A stretch of 64,000 nt of DNA from an uncultured bacterium (lineage in GTDB: Bacteria; Patescibacteriota; Minisyncoccia; Phycocordibacterales; UBA6065): NCBI GenBank assembly GCA_963841935.1, contig CAWJEP010000004.1:14975-78974 (forward strand), written 5' to 3'. The translations under genes were made by a program, and so were the position numbers. Shown piece by piece: positions 10,279 to 20,864 of this stretch (the first letter of the stretch is position 1; each line of letters begins with the position of its first letter). The notes under the pieces are model-generated. The model was not told the DNA's origin. It made no database searches and worked only from the letters and a program-made list of their open reading frames with translations.

Positions 10279-10854
10279 GTGGCTTCACAATACACGCAGG
10301 CGAAAATTACCCTCACGGGTCTCGCGGGAACAGGCAAGTCGTCGGCGGGCAAGATATTGAAGGACGCGTTAAATCTAAAGTGCCACCTCTCCGCCGGAGA
10401 TTTCGTCAGGGAAATGGTCGAAGGCGGAAAATGGGGACTTCAGACTCTCGATGAGTTTGAGACTCGCGCTCAGACTGACTTCCGATATGACTGCGAAATC
10501 GACCAGAGGACTACAAACTTCGGCGTCGAGAACACGAGCTTTGTCTTCGATGGCCGGATGGCGTGGGATTGTATCCCAAGGTCCATAAAAATCCTGCTGA
10601 CTTGCGATGATACCGTGAGATTCGAGCGTGTCGCCAACCACAGGAATATGTCCGTCAATGAGGCGGTGGCGCAGACCATTCATCGCGAGGCGAGCATAAG
10701 GTTCAGGTTTCACAAGTGGTATCGGTTCGCGCGTTTCGACGACCCGAAACATTTCGACCTCGTCATAGACACGACCGATAAGCCGTCGGAGCTCGTGGTT
10801 GGCGATATTATAGACTTCGCCGCGTCGCGAGGCGTGGTACGCATAGCGGCATAA
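10279..10854 (+). CDS. Cytidylate kinase-like P-loop kinase
   Basis: GLAGTGKSS, SAGDFVRE, FVFDGRM, FDLVIDT; GTG start; own promoter and terminator. Confidence 0.75.
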   Translation: MASQYTQAKITLTGLAGTGKSSAGKILKDALNLKCHLSAGDFVREMVEGGKWGLQTLDEFETRAQTDFRYDCEIDQRTTNFGVENTSFVFDGRMAWDCIPRSIKILLTCDDTVRFERVANHRNMSVNEAVAQTIHREASIRFRFHKWYRFARFDDPKHFDLVIDTTDKPSELVVGDIIDFAASRGVVRIAA

Positions 10855-10909
10855 TACCCAGAGCCCGTCCGTGAAAATGGACGCGGCTCTTTTTTGTTAG
10901 AATAAACGG

Positions 10910-11389
10910 ATGTACGCGATTTATGAAACTGAAGCTTTCGTTCTAGAATCATCCGGCAGGCGCGAGGCCGACAAGATTTTTTCTTTGTATACCGAAGAAT
11001 TCGGAATGATTCGCGCGAGCGCGATTGCGGTGCGAAAAATGCAATCAAAACTGCGTCCACATCTTACCGATTTTTCTCTAGTGTCCGTGTCGCTCGTGCG
11101 AGGCAGAGAGACTTGGAGAATCACGGCGGCGCGGCGATTTCTCGCCGCGCCGCCCCATCTCATCCGCCCATTGCTTCTCGTCAGGCGCCTTGTTCACGGG
11201 GAGATGGCTCAGCCGAAACTTTTTTCCATCCTGCGCGAGGCCTTCATGGGTAATATGCCAGAAACCTCGGCGGTTCTTCGCATTCTTCACGAGCTTGGCT
11301 ATGTTGATGAGAAGACTCTGTCCGTTAACCCGAGCACAAAAGAAGCCGTGGTGCTCATCAACAAAGCCATTCGCGAGAGTCAACTTTAA
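10910..11389 (+). CDS. recO: DNA repair protein RecO (short form)
   Basis: EADKIFSLYTEEFGMI.A.A.AVRK.QSKL OB-fold N-terminus. Confidence 0.85.
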   Translation: MYAIYETEAFVLESSGRREADKIFSLYTEEFGMIRASAIAVRKMQSKLRPHLTDFSLVSVSLVRGRETWRITAARRFLAAPPHLIRPLLLVRRLVHGEMAQPKLFSILREAFMGNMPETSAVLRILHELGYVDEKTLSVNPSTKEAVVLINKAIRESQL

Positions 11390-11422
11390 TAGTCAGACAC
11401 GTTGGCGTGGTATAATTTTCCA

Positions 11423-13321
11423 ATGCCTTTGTTCGAGGATAAGAATAAAAGTTCCATAGACAGAGTCCGCCGCAACCTTTACGCGCGCAAGGCGCCAGCC
11501 AGCGGAGAAGTGCGCCACGATATTCATGTTCCTCGAGAAGAAAATGTGGTCGCCGATTGGGCTGACAACGCAGAAAAAAAATCTCCGGGTTTCCAATTGC
11601 CATCGCCAAAAAAGTCTTATCGAGTGCTTTTTTGGTTCGCTTTGGGACTTTTCGTGTTGTCCGCTGGCGTCGCGGCTTATTCTTTCTTCGGTGGCTCGGT
11701 CTTTGTGTCATCGGACAACGTTGATATGACCATTACCGGACCGACGACCGTCGCCGGCGGCTCACCCACGAGTTTTTCCGTGGCCGTTACCAATAAAAAC
11801 AAGACGGACATCGAGCTCGTCGACCTCATCGCCGATTTTCCCATAGGAACTAAGGACCCATCGAATCCGACGCAGGACGTGGGCCGGCAAGACGTTTCGC
11901 TCGGCACGATAAAAGCCGGCCAAGTAGCCCAAAGCCAATTTCAGGGAATATTTTTCGGCGCTCAAGGCGACACCGAGACGATAAAATTTACCGTTGAATA
12001 CCGCACCGCGGATTCGAACGCCGTTTTTTACAAAGAAAAAGACATTCCAGTTGCCATATCCTCGTCGCCCATATCCGTGGCGGTTTCCGGTCTCGACGCC
12101 GTGAATTCCGGCGAGCCGATGACGCTTACCTTTACCGTGTCGTCTAACAGCACAAACGTGGTCAACGATGTGGCGCTCGAGCTCACATATCCTTTCGGCT
12201 GGACGTCGCTTTCTTCCAACCCCGCGCCGTCCTCCGGGCAAAATATCTGGAATCTCGGAGACCTTGCGCCGGGCGCCACGACGACCATAAGCGTTTCCGG
12301 TGAGATAAACGGTCAAGACGGCGACCAAGATGTCATCGGCGCGAGCGCTGGCATCGCGAACGCTCAAGGCGCCATAGCCACGACCATCGTCTCGACCCAG
12401 TACTCGGTTCTGATAGAGAAACCATTTCTCTCCGCCGTCATTTCTCTCGACGGACAAAACGGAAGTAATTACGCCTCGCCGGTCGGCAAAGTAGTCAACG
12501 CCACTATAGATTGGCAGAATACCGGCACCTCGCGCATCACAAACGGCCAAATCGTCGTGGCCCTTTCGGGGAACGCTCTTGACCCGTCGTCGGTTTCCAC
12601 TTCCGACGGATATTACGATTCCGTGGACAACACCATTACTTGGGACGGAGGCCGCGTGCCCACTCTCGCTCTCATCGCTCCCGGAGATTCCGGAGAATTT
12701 CATTTTAGTTTCTCGTCACTCGGAAATATTTCAAATATGACGAGCGCCTCCATCGGTCTCGACCTTTCGGTAAAAGGACAGCGCATCGACCAGTCGAATG
12801 TTCCGCAACAAGTTTCTTCCGAGTCCACGGAAACGGTGAAAATAGTTTCCAACCTTTCTTTGTCGTCGCGCGCCGTTTATTCTTCGGTGGTAATGCAAAA
12901 CGCCGGACCGCTTCCCCCGAAAGTAAACCAAACGACCGATTACGCGGTCATTTGGACGGCGGCGAACACTTCAAACGCCGTTTCCGGCGTGAAAGTTTCC
13001 GCCACGCTTCCGCCTTACGCCGCGTTTACGGGAGTGACTTATCCATCAAACGCTAGCGTCTCGTACTCGTCGTCCACGGGAAATTTTATTTGGAACGTCG
13101 GCGCGCTTGCTTCAGGCGCGACGTCGGAGCTTGATTTCCAAGTTTCCGTCACGCCAAGCGCGCCGCAGGCCAATACTTCGCCAATCATCATCGGCGGCGC
13201 GACCATCACGGGTATCGACAATTTTGCCGGCGTTTCAGTACAAGCTTCCGCAGAGCCGGTGACGACCGACATATCAAGCGATCCGACATTCGCGCCAGGC
13301 GACGAAACGGTTGGACAATAG
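11423..13321 (+). CDS. Single-TM membrane protein with extracellular Ig-like (DUF11-like) repeats
   Basis: One TM helix then beta-rich repeats (WNLGDLAPG, WNVGALASG); start placed 6 nt after TATAAT at 11411. Confidence 0.75.
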   Translation: MPLFEDKNKSSIDRVRRNLYARKAPASGEVRHDIHVPREENVVADWADNAEKKSPGFQLPSPKKSYRVLFWFALGLFVLSAGVAAYSFFGGSVFVSSDNVDMTITGPTTVAGGSPTSFSVAVTNKNKTDIELVDLIADFPIGTKDPSNPTQDVGRQDVSLGTIKAGQVAQSQFQGIFFGAQGDTETIKFTVEYRTADSNAVFYKEKDIPVAISSSPISVAVSGLDAVNSGEPMTLTFTVSSNSTNVVNDVALELTYPFGWTSLSSNPAPSSGQNIWNLGDLAPGATTTISVSGEINGQDGDQDVIGASAGIANAQGAIATTIVSTQYSVLIEKPFLSAVISLDGQNGSNYASPVGKVVNATIDWQNTGTSRITNGQIVVALSGNALDPSSVSTSDGYYDSVDNTITWDGGRVPTLALIAPGDSGEFHFSFSSLGNISNMTSASIGLDLSVKGQRIDQSNVPQQVSSESTETVKIVSNLSLSSRAVYSSVVMQNAGPLPPKVNQTTDYAVIWTAANTSNAVSGVKVSATLPPYAAFTGVTYPSNASVSYSSSTGNFIWNVGALASGATSELDFQVSVTPSAPQANTSPIIIGGATITGIDNFAGVSVQASAEPVTTDISSDPTFAPGDETVGQ

Positions 13322-13345
13322 GTGATTTTCCGATAGTCTATAAAC

Positions 13346-14673
13346 ATGAAAAAAGAATCGAATCAAGGCGACAAAGTGATGGAGAATATAATTTCTCTTT
13401 GCAAGAGACGCGGCTTTATTTTTCAGGGCTCGGAAATATACGGCGGCCTCGCCGGCACATGGGACTATGGGCCTTACGGCGTCGCTCTCAAAAATAATGT
13501 CAAAAATATTTGGTGGAAGAGATTTGTCACCGACAGGGAAGATATGTACGGCTTTGACGCGGCTATTTTGATGAATCAAAACACATGGAAGGCGAGCGGT
13601 CATGTCGCGGGATTTTCGGACCCGCTTGTCGAATGCGCCAAATGCCATCACCGTTTTCGCGCCGACCAACTCGAAGACAAAAAAAAGTGTCCCGATTGCG
13701 GCGGAAAATTAAGCGAAGCGAGACAGTTTAATATGATGTTTCGCACCAATGTCGGCGCGATAGAAGGCACGGATTCCGTTTCTATCTGCGCCCCGAGACG
13801 GCGCAGGGAATGTTCGTCAATTTCAAAAATATTTTGGACACTTTTCATCCGAAACTTCCGTTTGGTATGGCACAGATAGGCAAAGCTTTTCGAAACGAAA
13901 TAGCGCCCCGTGATTTTCTCTTCCGTTCACGGGAATTCGAACAGATGGAAATAGAATATTTCGTCGACCCGAAAGATTGGGAAAAAACTTTCGAAGAATT
14001 CGTCAAAGAAGTCCATTCTTTCACAAAAGATATCGGTTTGCCGCAGAAAAACGTCCACGAGCTCGAAATTCCCGACGGCGAGCGCGCGCATTATTCCAAA
14101 CGCACGATTGATTTTGAATTCGATTATCCTTTCGGCAAAAAAGAATTGTACGGTCTCGCTTATCGCACGGATTTTGACCTTTCCGCTCATGCCGGACTCT
14201 CGAAAGTCGACCTTTCATACTACGACGAGGAAACTAAAGAACGTTTTGTGCCTCACGTCGTCGAGCCGTCTTTCGGTGTTGATCGCACGATTCTCGCTAT
14301 CCTCTCATCGGCTTATGTTGAAGACGAAATGGGCGGAGAGAAAAGAACGTACCTCAAGCTCGCGCCGTCTGTCGCTCCGGTAAAAGTCGCCGTCTTTCCG
14401 CTTCTCAAAAATAAGCCGGAATTAGTAAAAAAAGCCAGAGAAGTTTACGGTGCTTTGAAAAAAGAATTTTCTGCCGTGGAATTCGACGACAACGGCAACA
14501 TAGGCAAACGTTACCGCCGCCAAGACGAAATCGGCACACCGTTTTGCGTGACGGTCGATTTCGACACTCTGGAAAAGGATGATAGCGTAACCGTCCGCGA
14601 CAGAGACTCCGGAAAACAAGAAAGAGTCGCCCTCAAAGAAGTTTCGAAGTATTTGTCCAAGAAATTAAATTAA
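13346..14673 (+). CDS. glyQS: Glycine--tRNA ligase (alpha2 type); frameshift near 13785
   Basis: SEIYGG..G.WDYGP, broken [30 protein letters not shown]. Confidence 0.95.
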
Positions 14674-14674
14674 T

Positions 14675-15949
14675 ATGCAATTCAAAAAACATATTTTGCC
14701 AAACGGCGTTCGCGTTATTCTCGTTCCGATGAAAGACAATCTGACGGTGACTTTCGGAATGTACGCTTGCACCGGCTCGCTCTATGAAACGAAAGAACAG
14801 GCGGGCATTTCGCACTTTCTCGAGCATATGTGTTTCAAAGGCACGAAAAAAAGGCCGTCGCCACGCTCTATTTCTCTCGAGCTTGATTCCATGGGCGCCA
14901 AATACAACGCCTACACTTGGCTTGAGAAGACGTGCTATTGGGCAAAAGCCAGCGCCGAGCACTTCGAGAAAATCGCCGAGATAGTTTCCGACATATATCT
15001 TAATTCCGTCTTTCCGGAAGATGAAATCAAGAAAGAAAAAGGCGTGGTTCTCGGCGAAATAGATATGTACAACGACAATCCGCAGGCGAAAGTAGACGAT
15101 GTTTTGATGGAGCATATGTACAAAGGTACTCCGGCGGAGCGTTCGACTATTGGTTTTAAAGAAACGGTTTCCGCCGTCACGCGAGGCGATCTTTTGAAAT
15201 ATCGCGATTCTCAATACAAGGCCGAGAACACGGTCATCGCCGTTGCGGGCGGAGTTTCGGAAAAAGAAATGCTTTCCGTGGCGGAAAAAATAGGAAAGAA
15301 ATTAAAGAAAGGTAAATGGACTCCGCAATTTTCGACCGAAGACAAAAAACAGGCAGCTCCGGAAGTTGCCGTGTTTACGAAAGAAACCGACCAGGCTCAT
15401 ATCATCGTGTCTTTTCGAAGCTTCGACCGTTTTGACAAGGATGTCTACATCGCGAACGGCATCGCCAATATTTTGCGTAGCGGGATGAGCTCGCGTCTTT
15501 TCACCCGCCTGCGCGAGAAAATGGGTTCCGGATATTATGTAAGCGCGGCGCATTATCCTTTCAGCGATTTCGGCTGTTTTTCCATATCGACCGGCACGAC
15601 GCCCGCTCGTGTCGCCGAAATTGTAAAAGCCATAGTCGAAGAAGTCGGCAGACTCAAAACGGAGCCGGTAAAAAAAGCCGAATTAAAAAAAGTTCAGGAA
15701 ATCGTGCGCTCGGGACTCAAAATGGGACTCGAATCGTCCGATGAAGTCATGGAATTTTTCGCCGACCAGGAAGTGGGGAAGAAGCAGATTAAAACGCCGG
15801 AGGAATACGAAAAAATAATTTCTTCCATCACAGCCAAAGATATTATGCGCGTGGCAAAAAGAATTTTCACAAACGAAAGGATGAACTTGGCCGTCGTCGG
15901 ACCTATCAAAGAGAACGCGGAGCTCGAAAAAGCTTTGACGTTGAAGTAA
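14675..15949 (+). CDS. M16 family zinc peptidase
   Basis: GISHFLEHMCFKGT (HxxEH), SSRLF..LREK. Confidence 0.93.
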   Translation: MQFKKHILPNGVRVILVPMKDNLTVTFGMYACTGSLYETKEQAGISHFLEHMCFKGTKKRPSPRSISLELDSMGAKYNAYTWLEKTCYWAKASAEHFEKIAEIVSDIYLNSVFPEDEIKKEKGVVLGEIDMYNDNPQAKVDDVLMEHMYKGTPAERSTIGFKETVSAVTRGDLLKYRDSQYKAENTVIAVAGGVSEKEMLSVAEKIGKKLKKGKWTPQFSTEDKKQAAPEVAVFTKETDQAHIIVSFRSFDRFDKDVYIANGIANILRSGMSSRLFTRLREKMGSGYYVSAAHYPFSDFGCFSISTGTTPARVAEIVKAIVEEVGRLKTEPVKKAELKKVQEIVRSGLKMGLESSDEVMEFFADQEVGKKQIKTPEEYEKIISSITAKDIMRVAKRIFTNERMNLAVVGPIKENAELEKALTLK

Positions 15950-15975
15950 TAGAAAAAGCATTGTATGCTTGTCGT

Positions 15976-17079
15976 ATGTCCGAGGAACCAAAAAATCTCA
16001 CGGTCTCCATTTCCGCCGGCACTATTGCCAAGGTAATACTCATTTGTTTGCTTTTCGTCGTTCTGTATATCATCAGAGACGTAGTCCTTATCGTCCTCAC
16101 GGCCGTTATCATCGCTTCGGCCGTCGAACCGGCGGCAAGGAGACTCATAAAAATGGGCATTCCTCGCGTCTTTTCGGTTTTCTCCATTTACGTAATTCTC
16201 GGCGTCGTTGCCGCTGGTATAGTGTATCTTTTCGTGCCGCTGCTTCTTCAAGACGCGTCGAATTTCCTCAACTCAGTGCCCCAATACGCCGATTCCATTT
16301 CTCTTTGGGCGCCGGCGGGCAGTCAGGCGGTAACGGCGGCGGCGCAGAGCGTCGCTCCGGGCGTCACCGCGTCAAACGCGGTCGCTCAGGAAATCGCCAA
16401 TTCAAGTTTCTCCATTTCAAACGCCATCACGGAAATCAACGGAGCCATATCGAACATTTCCGGCGGCTTCTTCAACACGGTTTCGTTCGTCTTCGGCGGC
16501 GTGCTGTCGTTTATTCTTATCGTCGTGATTTCTTTTTATCTTACAGTACAGGAAAACGGTGTGGAAAAATTTCTGCGCATCGTCACGCCGATCCATCACG
16601 AAAAATACGTCGTTGACCTTTGGAAAAGAACGCAAAACAAAATCGGTCTTTGGATGCAGGGACAAGTCGTGCTTATGCTCCTCGTCGGTATTCTAGTTTA
16701 TCTAGCGCTTACCGTACTTGGTGTTCAAAACGCTTTGCTTTTCGCTTTTCTCGCCGGACTTATGGAACTTATTCCGCTTTTTGGTCCGGTAATTTCGGCA
16801 ATTCCCGTCGTCGCCGCGGTCTACGCGACGGGTGGCATATCGTTCGCTCTCGTCATAGTGGGCGTCTATCTCATCATTCATCAATTCGAAAATCACCTCA
16901 TATATCCCTTGGTCGTGACGAAAATAGTCGGCGTACCGCCGATTCTCGTCATCCTTTCTCTTATTATAGGATTTGAACTCGCCGGTTTCCTCGGTATTTT
17001 GCTTTCCGTGCCGGTCGCGGCGATACTCGTCGAATTCGTCGAAGACGTTCAGAAAAACAAAATCGCCCGCGTCGGTTAG
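15976..17079 (+). CDS. AI-2E family transporter
   Basis: Multi-TM; ELIPLFGP, HQFENHLIYP, G.LGILLSVP. Confidence 0.9.
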   Translation: MSEEPKNLTVSISAGTIAKVILICLLFVVLYIIRDVVLIVLTAVIIASAVEPAARRLIKMGIPRVFSVFSIYVILGVVAAGIVYLFVPLLLQDASNFLNSVPQYADSISLWAPAGSQAVTAAAQSVAPGVTASNAVAQEIANSSFSISNAITEINGAISNISGGFFNTVSFVFGGVLSFILIVVISFYLTVQENGVEKFLRIVTPIHHEKYVVDLWKRTQNKIGLWMQGQVVLMLLVGILVYLALTVLGVQNALLFAFLAGLMELIPLFGPVISAIPVVAAVYATGGISFALVIVGVYLIIHQFENHLIYPLVVTKIVGVPPILVILSLIIGFELAGFLGILLSVPVAAILVEFVEDVQKNKIARVG

Positions 17080-17091
17080 CGGACTTTCAAT

Positions 17092-18546
17092 ATGGAAAAG
17101 AAGTCTTTCTACATAACGACGACTCTGCCGTACGTGAACGCCGAGGCGCACCTCGGTCACGCCCTCGAGTTCGTCCGCGCCGACATTATTGCCAGATGGA
17201 AGAAACTAGAGGGTTTTGAAGTTTTTTTCAACACCGGCGCGGACGAACATGGTCAAAAAATCGCGGATGCCGCCAAGAAAGCGGGGAAATCGCCCCAAGA
17301 ATATGTTGATGAATATTCCAAAAAACTTCAAGGGCTTCAAAAAACGCTCGGACTCTCCGAAGACGTCCATTTTATCCGCACGACGGACAAAAACCACATA
17401 AAAGCGGCGCAGGAATTCTGGAAACGCGTGGATAAAAACGGATTTATATACAAGAAAAATTACAAATCGAAATATTGCATCGGTTGCGAGCTAGAGAAGA
17501 CGGACTCGGAACTTGAAAACGGCAAATGCCCGATTCATCCGAACCTCGAAATAGAAATCATCGACGAAGAGAATTATTTTTTCAGATTTTCGAGTTTCAA
17601 AGGTTATCTTTCGGATTTTTACGGGAAAAATCCGAATTTCGTCATACCGGATTTTCGTTACAACGAGGCCAAAGCTTTTGTCGAGCGCGGTCTCTCCGAT
17701 TTCAGCATTTCACGACTCAAATCGAAAATGTCTTGGGGCATTCCCGTGCCGGGCGACGAGGACCAAGTGATGTATGTGTGGTTCGATGCTTTAGTCAGTT
17801 ACATTTCGACTCTCGGCTGGCCGAAAGACGAGAAAAATTTCAATAAATTCTGGCGAGACGGCACGCCGACGCAATATTGCGGCAAAGACAACACGCGTTT
17901 CCAAGCAGTGATGTGGCAGGCGATGCTAATGGCGGCCAAGCTTCCGCCGACAGCGACGGTCGTCGTCGATGGATTCATCACTGGCGATGGTGGCGTGAAG
18001 ATGTCCAAATCGCTCGGCAATTACAAAAGTCCGGTGGAACTTGTAAACGAATACGGCACGGATGCTTTGCGATATTTTCTCGCGAGAGAAATCTCTTCTT
18101 TCGAAGATTCGCCTTTTACGATTGAGCGATTCAAAGCGGCTTACAATTCAGGTCTCGCGAACGGGTTAGGTAATTTGGTGAGCAGGGTGATGAAGATGGC
18201 GACCACACACGGAGTTCAATGTGGTGAGCCAGTATTTAATATAGAGAAAGATAATTTCTATAAAACCTATAAACTGGCGTTGGATAAATATGACATCAAA
18301 CAAGCAACGGACGCGGTTTGGCTTTGCATCGATTGGGCAGATCGTTCTGTCCAACAAGAGCAGCCATTCAAAAAAATAAAGACTAACCAAGAAGAAGCAA
18401 AAAAAGATATAGAAATTTTGCTAGGCGACCTCATGAATATTTCTCAAATGTTAGAACCGATTTTGCCCGAAACTTCCATGACAATAAAAAACTTAGTCAA
18501 AGGCAACAAAATGCCTGACAAACCTCTCTTTGCGAGGAAAGACTGA
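17092..18546 (+). CDS. metG: Methionine--tRNA ligase (short form)
   Basis: YITTTLPYVN..HLGH, YVWFDAL, KMSKSLGN. Confidence 0.96.
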   Translation: MEKKSFYITTTLPYVNAEAHLGHALEFVRADIIARWKKLEGFEVFFNTGADEHGQKIADAAKKAGKSPQEYVDEYSKKLQGLQKTLGLSEDVHFIRTTDKNHIKAAQEFWKRVDKNGFIYKKNYKSKYCIGCELEKTDSELENGKCPIHPNLEIEIIDEENYFFRFSSFKGYLSDFYGKNPNFVIPDFRYNEAKAFVERGLSDFSISRLKSKMSWGIPVPGDEDQVMYVWFDALVSYISTLGWPKDEKNFNKFWRDGTPTQYCGKDNTRFQAVMWQAMLMAAKLPPTATVVVDGFITGDGGVKMSKSLGNYKSPVELVNEYGTDALRYFLAREISSFEDSPFTIERFKAAYNSGLANGLGNLVSRVMKMATTHGVQCGEPVFNIEKDNFYKTYKLALDKYDIKQATDAVWLCIDWADRSVQQEQPFKKIKTNQEEAKKDIEILLGDLMNISQMLEPILPETSMTIKNLVKGNKMPDKPLFARKD

Positions 18547-19319
18547 TGAAACCGCAATTTATAGATGTTCACGCGCATTTAAATTTCGCCGATTACGACG
18601 CGGACAGGGAAGAGACAATAAAACGCGCTCTTCTCGCCGGCGTTTGGCTCATAAATGTCGGCGTGGAGAAAAAGGAATCAAAACTCGCCGTGGAGATTGC
18701 GGGAAAATATAAAGAAGGCGTTTATGCAATCGTCGGACAACATCCGACGAGCAAAGAAGATTTTGATTTGGATTTCTACAGAAAGTTAGCGAAATCGAAA
18801 AAAATCGTGGGAATAGGCGAGTGCGGACTCGATTTTTTCAGAGTGACCGACGAGGCTGCGCGCGAAAAACAGTATGCTGTTTTTCGCGCGCAGATAGAAC
18901 TCGCCCTAGAACTTGATTTACCTCTGATGATTCATTGTCGAGACGCATATGCGGAGACGCTCGCTATTTTGAATGAATACAAAGCGAAAGCGGGGGACAA
19001 ACTGCGCGGCGATTTCCATTTTTTCGCCGGAGATATCGAAATCGCCCAGAAAATTTTGGATTTGGGATTCAATCTTTCATTTACCGGCGTCATAACATTT
19101 GCCCGCGAATACGAGAAACTCGTGAAATTTGTCCCGCTCGACCGAATGTTTTCCGAGACCGATTGCCCATTCGTCACGCCCGTGCCCAATCGCGGCAAAA
19201 GGAACGAACCACTTTTTGTCCGCGATGTCGTCGCTAAAATCGCTCGTATCAGAAACGAAGATTCCGAAAAAGTCGGCGAGCAACTTCTCAAAAACGCCAT
19301 AAAGTTTTTCCGGCTCTAA
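18546..19319 (+). CDS. tatD: TatD family hydrolase
   Basis: DVHAH, IGECGLD, IHCRDA, ETDCPF, RNEP. Confidence 0.93.
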   Translation: MKPQFIDVHAHLNFADYDADREETIKRALLAGVWLINVGVEKKESKLAVEIAGKYKEGVYAIVGQHPTSKEDFDLDFYRKLAKSKKIVGIGECGLDFFRVTDEAAREKQYAVFRAQIELALELDLPLMIHCRDAYAETLAILNEYKAKAGDKLRGDFHFFAGDIEIAQKILDLGFNLSFTGVITFAREYEKLVKFVPLDRMFSETDCPFVTPVPNRGKRNEPLFVRDVVAKIARIRNEDSEKVGEQLLKNAIKFFRL

Positions 19320-19416
19320 TCTTGCAAAAAATCGCTTTTCTGATAGTCTTTACGACACTTGTTTAGGAGCCACAGCCATGGCGACATACAAGATTAGAAG
19401 TTAATAAATAAAAAAT

Positions 19417-19923
19417 ATGTCAGAAGACACGAAGACGGAAAAGGCCACCGTCTACGAAGTGGGTTACCACATCGTTCCAACTGTCTCTCCGGAAAATCTG
19501 CCGAAAGAGGTGGACGCCATAAAGGCGATTCTAGGGAAAGTTGGCGCGAAGACTCTTAACGAAGAGGGTCCGAGGATGATGGCGCTTTCATATCCGATGC
19601 TCAAAGTTGTGGGACCAAAACGCGATTATTTTGAGACGGCGTATTTCGGTTGGGTAAAGTTTGAAGCGGAGCCGAAAGCGGCCGTGGAGCTTAAAAACGC
19701 TCTCGACCTTTCGGAAAAAGTCTTGCGATTTATCATCGTCAAGACCGTCCGCGAAAACACCATGCACGGACACAAATTCGTCAAAGAAGGCAAGGAAGCG
19801 CCGCGTCGCGCCGCTTCGACGGACCTGCCTACCGGCAAGGCGGGCAAAAAAGTCGAAGGAGTAAAACCCGAAGCGACGGCGGAAGAACTCGACAAATCTA
19901 TCGACAAGCTTGTGATAGAATAA
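19417..19923 (+). CDS. rpsF: 30S ribosomal protein S6 with C-terminal extension
   Basis: YEVGYHI, LSYPM, VLRFIIVK; rpsF-ssb-rpsR order. Confidence 0.88.
   Translation: MSEDTKTEKATVYEVGYHIVPTVSPENLPKEVDAIKAILGKVGAKTLNEEGPRMMALSYPMLKVVGPKRDYFETAYFGWVKFEAEPKAAVELKNALDLSEKVLRFIIVKTVRENTMHGHKFVKEGKEAPRRAASTDLPTGKAGKKVEGVKPEATAEELDKSIDKLVIE
19824..19844. repeat. 21-nt GC-rich palindrome inside rpsF
   Basis: cctgcctaccggcaaggcggg; same pattern as 20410-20430. Confidence 0.65.
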
Positions 19924-19950
19924 GGGCGTTAAAAATTATCCTCCATCACT

Positions 19951-20409
19951 ATGTATCTCAATCGTGCGACAATCATCGGCAATCTGACGCGAGACCCTGA
20001 AATCCGCGCCTTGCCATCCGGCATTCAAGTGGCGACTTTCGGCGTCGCGACAAACAGAGTTTGGCGCGACAAAGACGGCGCGCAAAAAGAAGACACCCAG
20101 TTTCACAACATCGTGGTCTTCGGTCGCCAAGCGGAAACCTCGGCGCAATATTTGCGCAAAGGCCAGCAGGTTCTCGTCGAAGGCAGAATGCAGACGAGGT
20201 CGTGGGATGACAAGACGAGCGGCGAGAAAAAATACCGAACGGAAATAGTCGCCGACCGAGTGCAATTTGGTCAGAAACCCGGAGGCGCGGGAGCGCCGAC
20301 CTCGAGCGCTTCAAGTTCGTCGGCAAAGAAAGCTCCGGCAAAAGAGGCCGAACTCGATACGATTGAATATCCCGAAGAGGACATTAAACCGGAAGACATT
20401 CCATTCTAA
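19951..20409 (+). CDS. ssb: Single-stranded DNA-binding protein
   Basis: NRATIIGNLTRDPE, VEGRMQTRSW, C-terminal EDIPF. Confidence 0.97.
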   Translation: MYLNRATIIGNLTRDPEIRALPSGIQVATFGVATNRVWRDKDGAQKEDTQFHNIVVFGRQAETSAQYLRKGQQVLVEGRMQTRSWDDKTSGEKKYRTEIVADRVQFGQKPGGAGAPTSSASSSSAKKAPAKEAELDTIEYPEEDIKPEDIPF

Positions 20410-20430
20410 CCCGCCTGCCGGCGAGGCAGG
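20410..20430. repeat. 21-nt GC-rich palindrome, intergenic
   Basis: cccgcctgccggcgaggcagg immediately after the ssb stop. Confidence 0.65.
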
Positions 20431-20445
20431 ATTAATTAAAAAATT

Positions 20446-20667
20446 ATGATTCCAACAGCAGAAAAAACAAATCAGTGCTTCTTTAAACAGCACGGCATCA
20501 CGGAAATCGATTACAAAGACATTACGATTCTCGAAAGATTCATAAATCCGCACGGACGCATCATGTCGCGAAAGCGCACGGGCGTTTCCGCTCAAAGCCA
20601 GCGCAAGCTTTCTCAAGCCATCAAGCGCGCGCGATTTATGGGACTTATGCCGTATGTAGCTAGATAA
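20446..20667 (+). CDS. rpsR: 30S ribosomal protein S18
   Basis: IDYKD..L.RFI, RKRTG, AIKRARFMGLMPY. Confidence 0.96.
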   Translation: MIPTAEKTNQCFFKQHGITEIDYKDITILERFINPHGRIMSRKRTGVSAQSQRKLSQAIKRARFMGLMPYVAR

Positions 20668-20864
20668 AGAAGAATATAAAGCGGCGCGCACGAAAGTGCG
20701 CGCCGCTTTTGTTTGACTTCATATTCAAAAAGAGTAATGTTCTCAATCAGAAACGCTCGTGTTTAGCTTTCCGAGAAAATAAAACGTGTGTCAGCCTGAA
20801 GTTGTCGCACGGGGCCTGAAGCCACTTTTCTCCCAATCGAACACATTGAAAGGAAACAATAGTT

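Noticed and set aside
11762-12703. 313-aa antisense ORF and similar long shadow ORFs (41375-42154, 56372-57088, 59962-60705)
   Set aside because: They lie opposite well-supported genes and have no motifs; expected from codon bias
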